Positions 11,801 through 24,579 of a DNA stretch of 60,000 nt are shown piece by piece. The DNA comes from Lama glama (taxonomy: Eukaryota): contig CM052816.1 in NCBI GenBank assembly GCA_028534125.1, positions 97,466,001 to 97,526,000 on the forward strand. Direction: 5' to 3'. The notes below the pieces were generated by a model. It made no database searches. It was given only the letters and a program-made list of their open reading frames with translations, and was not told the DNA's origin. The number at the start of each line of letters is the position of its first letter. The first letter of the stretch is position 1. The position numbers were made by a program, and so were the translations under genes.

Positions 11801-13367
11801 CTGGGGTAAGAATTGAAAGTGTGGGGAACCCAGCTAAATGCAGACAATCTGCCTTCTAAATTCAACCACAAATACTGAGGGTGCGAATGTTACAGGTATG
11901 AGTCTGTAGATTCAAAAAGCTTCATCTTGTACAAGTCATTTAGTGGAAGAAGTGAGAATGGATCTGTGTGTGGGCACATATGGATGCTGACGGCATTGTC
12001 ACATTGCATTCAGCAAACAGCCCCAGCGTCTTTCAGCAAACTGCCATCACTGGGCCAGAGCTGGCCATGGCCTCCGCCTACCTCGTGGCTGACATCAGTC
12101 CACACACAGAAGTGGAACCAGGGAGTCGCCGGACTGTGGTGGGCTACACGGTGGGCGGTGTCTGTTTCAAAGGGAAAGGATGTCGTATGAGGGCGTTACA
12201 TCCCAGGTCGTTTATCTGATGTTATGCACCAGTGATGTTCTGTGCCAGGTGCTTTATTCATGATGGTGACGGCTAACAGGAGCTTGAACTCCTTCTGTGC
12301 TTGAGTGCTAAGCTTTTATGCTGTATCTAACTTAATCTTCATTATTAACCTAATTTCACCAGCTAGGTATTTCAGAGGCAAGACTTGAACCCAGCTCTGT
12401 GATCCGTCCCCTCAGGCCTTCATCACTGCACTGGGTGCACCACCGTTTTCTTTGCATCTGGTCACCACAGCCCTCCTCAAAGCCCTAATTTGGAACATTA
12501 CAGACCATGTGATGTAGCCATTGCTTCAGAGGGAAAATTCAGTCTGGTTTCTAGGTAATCACAAGGCAGAGAGCAATATTGTTTGTGAATGTTTTACTTC
12601 CAGCTCCTTTGGTAGCTCTGAGATGCCCCTACGTGTTCTGATAGTTCTACTATTGCTCCTCCTTTTTCTAAGACACTGTGTTCTCCATGTGCTCCTTGCT
12701 TCGATCTCTGGAAGCCTCCTTCTAAGGGGGTAGACGCAGTGCGATGGAGTTTAATGGCTCTCATCCCAGCCACGTGGTTCATTCCACACCTGTGACTGAT
12801 CCGTGTCACAGTTGTAAGAGCTGTGAGGAAATGTGCGACTTTGCCATCTTCATTATGCGCGTGTCTGTGAGGGCATCCATCATTTAGGCACGGGTGATGA
12901 GAGCCACTTGCCTATAATGAATGTGCCTCATCTGTAGGCTCTCTATAAATATCTGTCTCAATTTACTTATTTAGAGTCACACCAGGGGAGTGAATGTTAC
13001 TTTCATCAGCCATTGTTGCGTTTTGTGATCCACGATGTTCCAAATTTAATGTCAAACAACCGCTTTTCCAAAATATTAATCTACGTGTTCCTGACAACAA
13101 CATGAGCAACCACTTGAATGTACCACTGTATTATCAGTTCATCACACATGAAAACAGATGCTGTTTACTTTAATGGAAACAAAGTTGCTTATACATAATT
13201 AAAAGATTTTCATTTCAATTTGACAAAAAATGCTATCAGGATGAAAAGAAGCCAAAAACTTGTAGAAAATATGTATTTTTCTCTTAAGTTTTCCATGAAA
13301 TATCTTAATGCTTCAATTGTGTAAATGCAGTTATTTTCTGAATAGATATATTTCAGTGGTTATATAT

Positions 13368-13589
13368 TAAGATTTCTCAACAACTACTGACATTCTGGGC
13401 TGGAAACTGCTTCGGTGTGGGGGGATGTCCTGTGTGTTACAGGATGTTCAGCAGCGTCCCTGCCCTTCACCCACTGGATCCCAGCCCTTCACCCACTGGA
13501 TCCCAGCTGCGAGCTCCAAAAATGTCTTCAGACATTGCTGTTTTTAACCATCCCTTGGGGGACAGACTCTCCCTAGCTGATAACCACTC
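13368..13589 (-). mobile_element. MER20 (hAT-Charlie MITE)
   Basis: TTTCTCAAC..ACTGACATTCTGGGCTGGA, AGGATGTTCAGCAGC, CCAAAAATGTCTTCAGACATTGC and TGATAACCACT match the MER20 layout. Confidence 0.85.
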
Positions 13590-13786
13590 ATATATGTATA
13601 TATGTGTGTGTATATATGCTTTTTTGACTTTGTTTCTTTTCAGGGATAAAAGACAGTAACTGGAAAAAATACACTGTTATCTTATTTAACATAAAAAATG
13701 CCATCCCTAAATAAAATGACTACATACATAGGACACAAAAGTACATTAATAAAGAACATGCATTCCGTGGTTTAGGAATGACACCG

Positions 13787-14331
13787 AGTTAGCTGTCTGT
13801 TGCTGTTTAACAAATTAGCCCAAACTCAGCAACTTAAACAACAAACATCTGTTATTGCAGGTTCTGTGAGTCAGGAATGCAAGCTGGATGGGTAGTTTTG
13901 GCTCCGAGGTTTCTCATGAGGTTGCAGGTCAAGATGTCAGCCCTGGCTCCAGGTATCTCAAGGCTCCGCTCAGGTTCATGGGTTCTCTTCCATGACACTC
14001 ACGTGGCAGTGGGCAACTTCAGTCCCTCCCTGGCTGTTGGATGGAGCCCCTGATACTTCGCCAGTAGCGCTGGCTTCTCCCCAAGGCTGCTCCAGCAACA
14101 TGGCGGTGAGCTTCATCCAGCATGGGTGATGCAGTGAGAGCGAGCACGCTGGAGACGGAAGCCATGTACTTCTTACAATCCGATTTCAGAATAGCCCATC
14201 ACTCCCGCCATGTTCTATTGTTAGAAGTGAAGTAGTATGGTGTGCCCTTACTTGATGAGAGGGGATGACACCAGATTGTGATCATCAGGCAGCAGGGACC
14301 CCTGGGAGCCACCAGGGAGGCTGCTTACCAC
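13787..14331 (-). mobile_element. MaLR LTR (MLT1F/G-like)
   Basis: TTGCTGTTTAACAAATTA.CCCAAACTCAGCAACTTAAACAAC, TCTCATGAGGTTGCAG.TCAAGATGTCAGCC, ending GGCTGCTTACCACA. Confidence 0.8.
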
Positions 14332-15829
14332 AGTCTCCTTCATATAAACACTGAGCTTCCTTGTGAAGCGAGGATTAAGGTCCTCCTTTGCTTTCCTGAT
14401 GCCGATTCCATACCTTGGGACCCTTTTCTCAGCTGAATCAGCCAGGATCCCATGCTCAACTCTTCCAATAAATCCCCTGAGTCATCCTGCCGTTAGCCTC
14501 CCAGGTTCCAGTCCAGGCTCTGCTTCTTACTGTGCCTCTCTGAGCGCCTTATTTTGACCTCAGCTTTCTCGGTAGGGTGGGATTGCTGTGGAAATGAAAC
14601 GAAGAAGCACATAGAAAGTTCCAGGACATGGTAGATATTTCCAATGGGACTCGTCACACGCTCATCGACCTCTGTAAGGAGGCAGTTGTCTCCAGTGCTT
14701 CACACGAAGGGCTCTGCATTTTGTGGGAACCTAGGACCAAGAACAGTTTACCAATCCAGCCTGGGTTTTAACCAGCAGTGAATCTGAGTTTCTTTTGGCA
14801 AGTGCTTTGAATTCTAAAATGTCTGATTTGGAATGATGGCTTTTGCATGATGGCTTATTTTAATTTGAGGATAGTCTGTAAGAGAGAGATTTGCTTCCTT
14901 GTACTTACTGATTTTAACTAGGATTCCTGACAGAATCGCCCTTTTAGGCAGAGTGTGAAAAAGATTCCTGGAACAGGAATCAAGAAATCCGGAACCAGGC
15001 TTTGTACCAGTTGCTGGCGCCATTATGGGCAGATGGCTGGATTTCAACTGGTCTCATTTCCCTGCGTTTACAATGAATGAAGCATATGGATGAGGTAATT
15101 TCCGAGGCCACACCTGATAAAATCCTGTGCTATTCATCTTGTTGTAAAGAGTAACGTCATGGGGAAAAGATTTTCTGAAATACACTCATAACTTTTCAAG
15201 TCATTTAGAAAGGATTGTTGGTCTGTGTGCTGAGGCAGGTGTGCAAAAATGCTCCGAGCTGTATGCTTTTGACACTCCTTGCAAAACACAGTGGGAATTT
15301 GTAGTAAGTCTTTCTTTAGTAGAAATCAGTACCTGTGGAAGGATTCGAGTGACCAGTATATTTTGAGAACAGGTAAGTAAAGGAGAAGAAGCATTTATTG
15401 CTCTTTCCTAAATAAATTGTTCCACTGGCTAACCGAGTAGTAGATGAAGAGAAATTTTCATTTATAGAAGTGTCCCAGCCAACAAATGAGGAAAGTAGAA
15501 CAGAAAGGAGACTATGGCTGCTTTATCGTCCCAGTGGTCGGCGGGTGCAGCCAACGAGCATCAGCAGGATCCCAAGAAGAGAGACAGTCTGCTCCCGTGA
15601 ACCTTCCCACAGAGAACCACACCACCACCAGGCAAGCAGTCTTGCCGTGAAAACTGAACCTGACCCTGGCTGGTCAAGCTCACCTAGAGCCAGTTATTTA
15701 CATACAGGAAACGCAGAGGACAAGGCAACACGTATATAACAGCGTGTGGATGCAAACAGCAACACCCAGTCTGTGGAAGAGTCTGCATGACAAATTGATC
15801 TTCTTTCTTCTGCAAAGATATTCTAAGGA

Positions 15830-16310
15830 AAAAGCGACTTAGAGAGAAAATTCTACTGATTAAAAGAGACATATAATCCATCATTTATAATGTGTGGACT
15901 GCATCCAAGTTCAAACTGTGAAAAATACAGAGAAGAACGTTTGTGACTTTTATGAGGTGATTGGACTTTTGAATACTGACTGGAGATACTTGATGATAAG
16001 AAATAATGAATTTTAAATGTGATAATGATATTATAGGTAAAGAAGCCCATATATTTTAGATATACTGGCATATTTATAGGTGAAATGATACATTTTCTTC
16101 AAAATAATGGAGGTGGAGGGTAATATAAAGGGAACAGAGATGCACAAAAGGTGTAATGTGGAAGAGTAGAGTCGGGAGGGGGGATAAATTAAACTAAAGT
16201 GACCAGGAGTTGTAATAGCTGACAGTAGGTGACAGAAACAGGGAGGTTTGTTACACCATTCTATGTATATATTTGGAATTTTTCACAATTAATAGCTTAA
16301 AAATAACTAA
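15830..16310 (+). mobile_element. old L1M 3' end
   Basis: TTTGAATACTGACTGG..ACTTGATGAT, GAGATACTGG..ATTTATAGGTGAAATGATA and TTTGGAATTTTTCACAAT are old L1M 3'UTR motifs. Confidence 0.6.
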
Positions 16311-16510
16311 GTGCCAGCAATTGGAAAAAATTAAATAGAACCCTCTATCTTCAAATCTGCTCTATATTTATAAAAGAAACTGAAAACTGAAGTTTTCTTG
16401 GCATATAAGTGTAGTCTAAAATGGACTTACTTTATAAAAATTCAACTTTATAGCCAGTAATAAAATGCTAACTTTCCAACCAGCTTTAAGGGTTGGAAAT
16501 TGGATATAAA

Positions 16511-16918
16511 CAGTGCTATTTGGAGCCAGCTCATACAAACTCATGAAAATAATTACATTTTGGGGTTGTTAAACACAGCCATTATTAAAATTAAATTCTA
16601 TAAAGTTATAATTTAATCATTTCTATATATATTAAAATATGGTAAATATTCAAAGCACATTATCTCTTAATTCTTTGTATTTTTCCATTATCTATGCTTT
16701 TAAAATTATTTTCATCTATTGCATGTACATACGATGGCAGTGCTCTGTAGTGTGTAAGGTAGTACATTTCTTTGCAACTCCAAGTTCAGCAGTGTCACGT
16801 TGGTTGCTTGAAATTGGCCACGGTGGGAGCATTTACACCATGGAAATTGGCCAATACACAAAGCAGGGCTTTTTTGTTTTCCTTAAGAGCTAGCTGCTAA
16901 TCATTTACTGGCACACTG
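16511..16918 (-). mobile_element. MER63-like hAT (Blackjack) MITE
   Basis: Ends CAGTG..GGAGCCAGCTC and TTTACTGGCACACTG; internal TTGAAATTGGCCACGGTGGGAGCATTTACACCATGGAAATTGGC. Confidence 0.8.
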
Positions 16919-17459
16919 CTTATGTAAGGAGTCATCCGTTTGGTTCTAATATGAATAAAACATGCTATAAGACAAACTTATTTAGAGCAACACTGGAGAA
17001 GTGACTACCTCTATGACTAAACCCTCCCATTCTTCCATACCTGTGCATTTATGTGTCGGTCTCCTGTGCTCACCCGTGAGCTTCTAGCAGGAAGTAAGTG
17101 CATTTACTTATCAGCCTGATCCCAGGACCTCAGAGTGGCCGGTGTGTTTGGCTGGCTGAACGATGAACAGATGAGTCCTTGTTTGTTCAGCATCTTCAGC
17201 GTGCTCACCTTTGTACCAGATACTGTGGAGACGCAGAAGGGATGCAAACACTTTACTTGCCCTCAAAGGGCTTTTAGTCTAACTGGGACACCCTACTGGT
17301 AGATTACACAATTTTATCAATGATGTACAATTGTTTTCTAATTTAATAGATTGAAACTGTAAGTTCTAAAGAGACCAATGGACAACAGGGTCAGAGAGGC
17401 AGGTGTACTGAGTGAGACATGAACTATCCTGGATGGATGCTCACTAATCTCCATTCCTT

Positions 17460-17680
17460 GTTCAGAAACTTACTATATACCAGGTACTACAATAAATAAT
17501 TTATATGTATTTCATTTAATAATTTTAGTGATACTCTGAGATAGAATTATTACTCCCATTTTATAGATGAGGGAACTGAGTTTGAAAAAGATTAAATAAT
17601 TCTCAGTGCGAGGTAAGGCTTAGATTTTATCTTAGATTGCTTCCAAAGCTCAGGCTCTTACATGTTTCATGTACTGTATT
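17460..17680 (-). mobile_element. MIR SINE
   Basis: ATTATTACTCCCATTTTATAGATGAGGGAACTGAG, the MIR core. Confidence 0.8.
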
Positions 17681-17779
17681 AAAGATGAGGAAGAATAAAA
17701 TTAGTTCTTAAAAGATCAGTATAACCTGAAAAGCAGAGGAAAAAGGAGGACGCTTCCATCACAGGGAAAGAGGCATCAT

Positions 17780-17975
17780 CAAGGCGAGGTGGCAGGAAGG
17801 GAGAATTATTTATGAGCAAGTGAAGGGACTGTCCTGGCCTAATGGCAGAATTGTCTTTGGGAAGAGCATGAATGTGAGGCTGGTTGGGAGAACTTTTTTT
17901 TTCAAAGCTTTGAAAGCCAAGCTGAGAAATTTGGGTCTGAAATAGGGAGCCATTAAGGTCTTTGAGCTAGAGGGT
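17780..17975 (-). mobile_element. L2 remnant
   Basis: CTTTGAAAGCCAAGCTGAGAAATTTGG...GGGAGCCATTAAGGTCTTTGAGC is a typical L2 motif. Confidence 0.6.
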
Positions 17976-19599
17976 CCTACACAAAATCACAGAATTCAAA
18001 GAACATTAGAAAATATACCAGATGGATTGAAAGGGTAAGAATGAAATCAATATTGTAGTGATAAAGATACGAGGCGAGGTCAGACTGAAATAGAGTAACA
18101 GACATTGCTGTTGGAGTTTGGGAATTTGTTCCTAAATTATTGCTCATAGTCAATAATAATGATGATGAAATTACAAGACAAATTCCCATAATTGGATGAA
18201 ATAATGCCTTCTCCCTTAGTCATTGTAGCACAGATCCAACTTCCTTCCTGAGAGCAGCCTGACCCCTGCGTGATCACCAGTGCTCAGCGCAACGGAGGCG
18301 CTCGGCGCATTTTGAGGGAGAGGGTTTGCTGTGCAAAGTGTTCAGCATCTTATGCCCCAGGGCACCAAAATCCGGCGACAAAGCCACTTGCAGTGTTTGC
18401 CAGCGCTGCCCTGGCAGGTGCCCAGAAATCCTACGGGGAGGGGGAGCCACCCCCATCAGAGCACCGCTCGGATCAGCCGACCACCACCTGAAGTCAGTTT
18501 AATGTTCTTTTTCCCAGAAGTAGCTCATCATCCATTGAGAAGGTTTCATATCAAACAATCTGTATTTTATTTCCAGGGAAGACTTAAAGAGGTTTAATTA
18601 TCCATCACAGTGACCTTCCAAGTCTCTGACCTGATGAATTGTTTGAATTCATTTGAAACGTTCCTTAATGGCAAAAAGGAGGATTGCATACAACCGCCAT
18701 GCGTCAGCCTCAGAAGAGTAGGTGCAAATTAGGAGCAATCACCCATAACAGTGAAGTCCCAGCTTATTCAGGCTGTAAGAGATTTGAGGTGAAGTTCAGT
18801 TTAGTATGCATTCAGCAGAGCAGGGAAAAAGAGGGTAGATCCCTCTGAAGGCAAAGAAAGGTGAATACAGGGCAGAGCATGACTAGTAGGTTTCTAAATA
18901 GCTTATTAATTTTTCAGTGAGAACTTACTTTAATGCCTTTAGTCCTTGGAGGCTGATTAGATTTCTAAAGTCACATTCAAAATTGCTCTTTTGCAAAAAT
19001 GAGTGGATGGAGACGTGTGGGTTTTATTGACCTCTGCTATTCCCGGCTCCCCGGCCGTGGTAGTTCTCAGGGAACATTACTGCGACCCGACCCACCCCTG
19101 CAGCTTCTGAGTTCACTGGGGACCACGGTCAGAGCTAGAGGGAAGACTTCCTCCCTCTCCCAAAGTTCTCCACCAAGTTCTCAGTGGGCTCTCAGTAGAG
19201 TCACAAGCAATAGGTTGGCAGGTAGACAGGGATCAAAGACTAGGGAAAGAAATCGTAACAAACCAAAAGGTTTGCGGAGGGAGAGGCTGGAAGCCCCCAA
19301 GAGGAAAACAAGAGGGAGAGAGCCACGAGGGGAAAGATGTGACCAGAACCCACCTGCACTGGGACCAAGGACCAGCTCCAGGGAATTCCAGGTGGTCAGG
19401 GAAGGTTCTGTGCCGGGGGGCAGACTCTCGTAGGGTCGACACAGTTCTGCCCTCACCGGGTAACTCTCATTAGTACAGTATTAGGTTTTGTTTAGTATCT
19501 GAATGTATAATTTGGAAAACCAAATTCTAAGAGAATATTTAATAATAATGGTAAGTTTTACAGTGATCTGGAAATTTCTAGTTGAAACTATCTCTTAAC

Positions 19600-20240
19600 T
19601 AGCCTTCCTGTAACCCCCTTCCCATTCTATGTTCAACACAGCGCCTGTGATCCTTGTAAAAGACAAGTCCGACTCCACTCCTTTCTCAAATCCTCCGATG
19701 GCTCTGTGTGCCACGGGAGCAGCAGTTACAGCCTTAGAGGGACCCCCAGGCCCCGCACGATGGACTGCCCTGTGCTTCTCGGATTCTGTCCCTTTTATCT
19801 CCTCCTCACCCTGCACTGGCCTCATCGGCCTCCTTGATATGATTTCACATATCAGACACACATCCTCTCTAACACCTTGGCATAGACTGTCCCCTTGCCC
19901 CAGAATTCTCTCCCCCAGATATCCACCTGTCTCCCTCCCTCACCTCCTTCAGGTCTTTGCTAATACGTCACCTTCTCCAAACACTCTCCCTCCCACCCTC
20001 TTTGAACGGGGCAGCTGAGCCCATGTTGTGCACACCCAGGTCTCCTGCTCTGAACTTGCTGTCCCCCTACCCCAGAGCACTGATCATCTGAAAGTGGTGT
20101 TAATTTGTTTATCATGTACATTACTTACTCTCCACTTCCACCTACTAGGACGCAGGGATCTTTTTTGTTGTGCATGATGTTAGACTAGCACCAGGGACGT
20201 GTAGAAATGCAACACATGTTCATCAAATTAACTCATTAAT
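19600..20240 (+). mobile_element. L2 3' region
   Basis: Pyrimidine-rich L2 motifs (CACTCCTTTCTCAAA.CCTCCGATGGC, CTCCCTCACCTCCTTCAGGTCTTTG). Confidence 0.7.
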
Positions 20241-21109
20241 TCACTCCTCTTCTGTTTGCTTCTGATGGATGTCCTGATGATGACGTGGAAGGTTAGGACA
20301 TGGAGCGACACAGTAGAGGACTACCTCTAATGATGGTGGCGTTTTCTAGGAGACAACCTGCTTTTTCAGAGCTGAATATGAACACAGTCAGAAACCTCTC
20401 CTTTCAGATTCTGATTAGCTTCCTATCTCATTAGCCGCTTTCTCCCTTGCAACACATCCATCACTACCCTCCCTTGCACACAGAATGTGCAGTGCCGACA
20501 AAGCCCGTTCTAATTTGCATCACATCTGTGGTGTCTAATTTTTTTTTCCCATCTGACTACCTGAACATGCATAGATTTCAGTATTACCATATTCAGGCTC
20601 CTTTGCATCTGCCTACCATGGACAAGCTTCAGTGACATGTCACTCATGCAGTGGGGGTGGATTTGCAGGCTACAGTGTACAGCATTTTCTTAGAGACTCA
20701 CTGCCACTTACTTACCTGCCTTGACAGGTTTCAGCGCCACAGTCTTGACTGCAGCTAATTGGGCTCCTCTGTTCAGGAACTTCTCCTTACCAGCTCCTTA
20801 AGAAGTTCTTGAGCGTGTATAATAATGACAACATAAAGAATTACATTAGAGCAACTGAATGTAGCAACGTAGAATAACTACTGGTAATTGAGTGACTGTA
20901 TCCTTAAGCACACTTATAAATAGCCAACCAGAACAGCAGAGTGATTGTGGCATTTACCTCATTGTTCCATCAGAATGAAAGCCTGGTGAGGGCAGGACCG
21001 GGATTGCTTGCACATCACTGGGTCTCTGGGTGGCAGGCAGTAGGGCTGAGTCACTGTTGCCAAGCAGATAAATCACACTTCACTTGCCCGTAAAGCCAGC
21101 GCTCTTACT

Positions 21110-21250
21110 GGTTATGAGAGTCGGCTCTGCTCAGCTGTGTGTAAACTCGGGTGAGTTCTTTGTGCCCCTCATGCCTCAGTTTCTCCACCTGTGGACTTTG
21201 GGTGATGTGGGTTCCTGTTTCACAAATAAATCGTGAAGACGAGAGTGTTA
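21110..21250 (+). mobile_element. MIR SINE remnant
   Basis: CAGCTGTGTG...GTGCC..ATGCCTCAGTTTCTCCACCTGT. Confidence 0.65.
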
Positions 21251-21899
21251 CCTTGCAGGTGGGACCGCTCAGGACCATGCTCACTCTTGCTAATCAGGAT
21301 TTTGATTGGGGCCACGGGAACTTTCTCAGCATGCTTTTCAGAAGGCAGCCAGCCTTCTGGGACCATGAAGCACCCCTTCAATCGGTGGAAAATGGCTAAC
21401 GGGAGGTGTCTCAGATGCTCAGCATAGGAGTCCCTGCTAGTGTTTCAGCTTCCGCAGAGCTGGCTCTGGTGTCATTCATGGTGGTTGGGCGATTTCTGTC
21501 TGACCAGTTGTGACTCTCAAACAGCACTCTGGACGCCACCATCTTCACCTTGGACTGTGATGGCTGCTTTCTGCCCAGTGACCCCGACTGGCCTTGACTC
21601 TGCCTGACCTGCCTGACCTGCGCCTTTGCCCAGGTGCTCCGCCGAAGCCGCTCTTGTGTCATCTGTCGCAGAGCAGACTTCCCCAAAGTTCTCAGCCCTC
21701 CTCTTATTCCAGGACCCTGGTCCTGCCATCTCTCCATCTGAGCTTCTGGCCAACAAGTGTTCCCTACCCTGTCAGGCCATTCCCATATGATGGGGCGAAC
21801 ATAGAAGCTGCATTCTTAGCCACCAGGTCTAAAATTTATGTTCTTTTCAGACTTAGAATAAGCAGCTAACTCCAACAGTGCAGGCTGTTTCTAATTGTC

Positions 21900-22903
21900 G
21901 CTTTATAATCAGTACTGCCCATTTTGACCTAGTAGAGAAAAAAATTCTGAGTTTGAGTATCTTTAACAAGAATGCCCTTTGCTGTTCTGAGCCATTTACA
22001 GGAAACACCGTGCTGCCCTGTCAGATTCTCCCAGGCTGTGTACATGGGAGCTGCACTCACAGGACCTTGGAGGGCCCACGTTTGGCAGTTATAAGGCGAG
22101 AGTAGGGCTAACCCTGATCCCGCTGTAGCCTGTAAAATACCTGTAATGTCATCAGCTTGCCTTAAAGATGTCCTTATATTCTGTACACTGTTATGATGTG
22201 AATCCAAAGAAGGCCTGCAAAATATTAATGTTGGTGGACAAGGCCCCTGCCGGTATAACCGAACATTCTAGTGCATGAGCCTCATGTAAACTGAAGTGAC
22301 AAAGCTCTTCAGAACCAACCAAAATTGCATTAATGATTCCAAAAACAATTGGTTTTCATCAGTTAAAAATATCTTGGAAAATTATGCCTGGAACTCTACG
22401 AACATTAGAAATTGAGTACTTATGAAAGGATATTTTATTCCCAAGAAAAAGAAAGTCCTCTAAAGAATACATCCAAAGACTAACTGCTGAGCAAACATAC
22501 ATTAAATATTCATTCTTGCACAAATGATATTAAAAATACTGAATGATAAAGTAAAGGTCATTGAGTAACCAAAAGCAACACTAGTAGTTAAGTCTTCTGT
22601 AATTAATGTCTCTGAACCTTCCTCCAAAAATTGAAAAATTGTCAAATAAAGTGTTACAAATGCACAGTGTTTATTTGAAAATCAAGTAAATTATTCAATA
22701 TTAATTTCATCTGCTTTCAGGTGTCTTTAATTTCAAGAAAATATTTTATGAATAATAGGTGTTCTGTTATCTAAAACCCATCATCGGCAGTTTGGAATCA
22801 ATGGCTCTGTTCTTACAACTCAGAATGTTCTAAAATCTAACATGACAGCAACAGATCAGATGAACGTTCAGTTGGTTGAGGAGGCATATAAGGAATTTAA
22901 CTG
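21900..22903 (+). mobile_element. possible ancient Tigger/pogo (TcMar) transposon remnant
   Basis: Translated fragments LVEKKILSLSIFN (~21930) and KACKILMLVDKAP (~22210) resemble the pogo DDE motifs QIFNADET and KILLLLDNAPGH. AT-rich body, ending ...TTAACTG. Confidence 0.4.
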
Positions 22904-23674
22904 GGATTCCAAATGGTTCTCACTTGGATCCATCTTGAAACAGAATATAAATAATATAAGTAATTGTCCTATTTGTGAGTTTCACTGTGTGTCGGGGGGA
23001 TCGGGCAGGGCTGAGGATTAAGGAGCAAATCACTGAAGGGAAAGGAACTACAGAAATGATCCCTGAAAGTACAGTCTTCCACTGAAGGATAGAATGGGAA
23101 TGAAAACCACATGTCAAAAGTTGGAAAGCTCACTGCATGCACGCACAGTGACAACTGTGACAGAATTTACATCCACTCCTCATGAACTTGTCACTCTTGC
23201 AAGCGCTTTATAGACATGGTCTCATTAAGCACAGAAAGAAAAGGTTTTGCACAGAAACCGGAACATGCCTAGGGATAAGGTAGTGCTTTAAAAAGAAAAG
23301 ATATGTATCAGACACGCCACAAATAGGGCCCTTGGGCACGAAAACCGGTGTCCCCTGTGATAGCAAGCCCTTCCCGCGCTAATGCAGGATGTGTTCCCGA
23401 GCCGGAGCGATTCTTGCATTGCTGTTGCAAGTGACACGGTCATGTCTCTGTGCTCAGACTCTGAGAGATGGGAGGCAGTCAGGATCGCACAGCTTAAGAA
23501 TGACAAGAAGGACTTGAGAGATCTTTATGGAGAGATCATGAAATTATTAACATATTTAGGGGAAAAAAGGCAGACGCTTGAAGGAGAAAATCATTTAGCC
23601 TTAAGAAGAAAAGACTGAGGAGATAGTAAGATTCATTTAGTGCATTATTTATCTATACCAGTATCTAGCAATTA

Positions 23675-23714
<40 letters not shown>
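23675..23714. repeat. (CTAT)10 tetranucleotide microsatellite
   Basis: Directly visible. Confidence 0.97.
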
Positions 23715-24579
23715 GTAACATATATATTAGATATTTTATATGCGCCATATACACACACACTATGTATATCTATATATTTACTGTATTTATATTACATGTA
23801 TCTACATAACAGTACATCAAGCTTAGGGGGGCAAAGCCCTCCTATTTTGAGAATGACCTGATACTGCATTGATACGTTAAAGTGGGAAATGGTAGAATCT
23901 CTTCCTTTCCATCCAGCTTTAAAAACAGGACAGCTTCCCATTTATCTGATGTAGACATGGGACAATATAATGGCAAAGGTGACCCTTTATCGCTCTTTCT
24001 CTCTCTCTGAACCTACACTTCTCTGCTTGTACGTTCCTTTTATTAGGACAACTCAATCAATTTGCTCAACAACAAAGCCAAGATTTCCTCTCTGACTACT
24101 TTGGGTAAAATGAGAAGTATAACTACAAACCCACATTCCTCTTAGTTTCTTTTTTAAATTAAAAAATATCAATATTGAATAAATCAGCAGTCCCGGGGGT
24201 TCCGGGTGGGGGTGGGGTGTGCCCAGAGAGGGGTAGCAAGAGAGTTTCGGGGTGCTCTCTTTGACACTAAATCGTATCCTGGGATGTTGGCTTACAAATC
24301 TATACACGAGTTAAAACTCATAGAACTTTCTAAAAAATCAATAGCAAAAAGAATGCTCTTTGACTCCTGCAAAATATCTCCACCAACTGTAGGAGGAAAA
24401 CAGCCTCCCCGATGGCAGCATTCGGGAACACCTTCGAGGCCTGATGGTTTGACAGGTGACACGGGATTTCATTTGCTCCACTTGCCCCCACGTGGAGGCA
24501 CACAGATGTCACTTCTCCAGGGTCAGAGGGAGAAGGAAAATGAAGCTGTCCTCAGCGGAGTCCATCCCCTGACTTGATG

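Noticed and set aside
21411..21756. Minus-strand ORF with protein-like composition (possible processed pseudogene)
   Set aside because: No protein family recognised, and no TSD, A-tail or convincing splice context.
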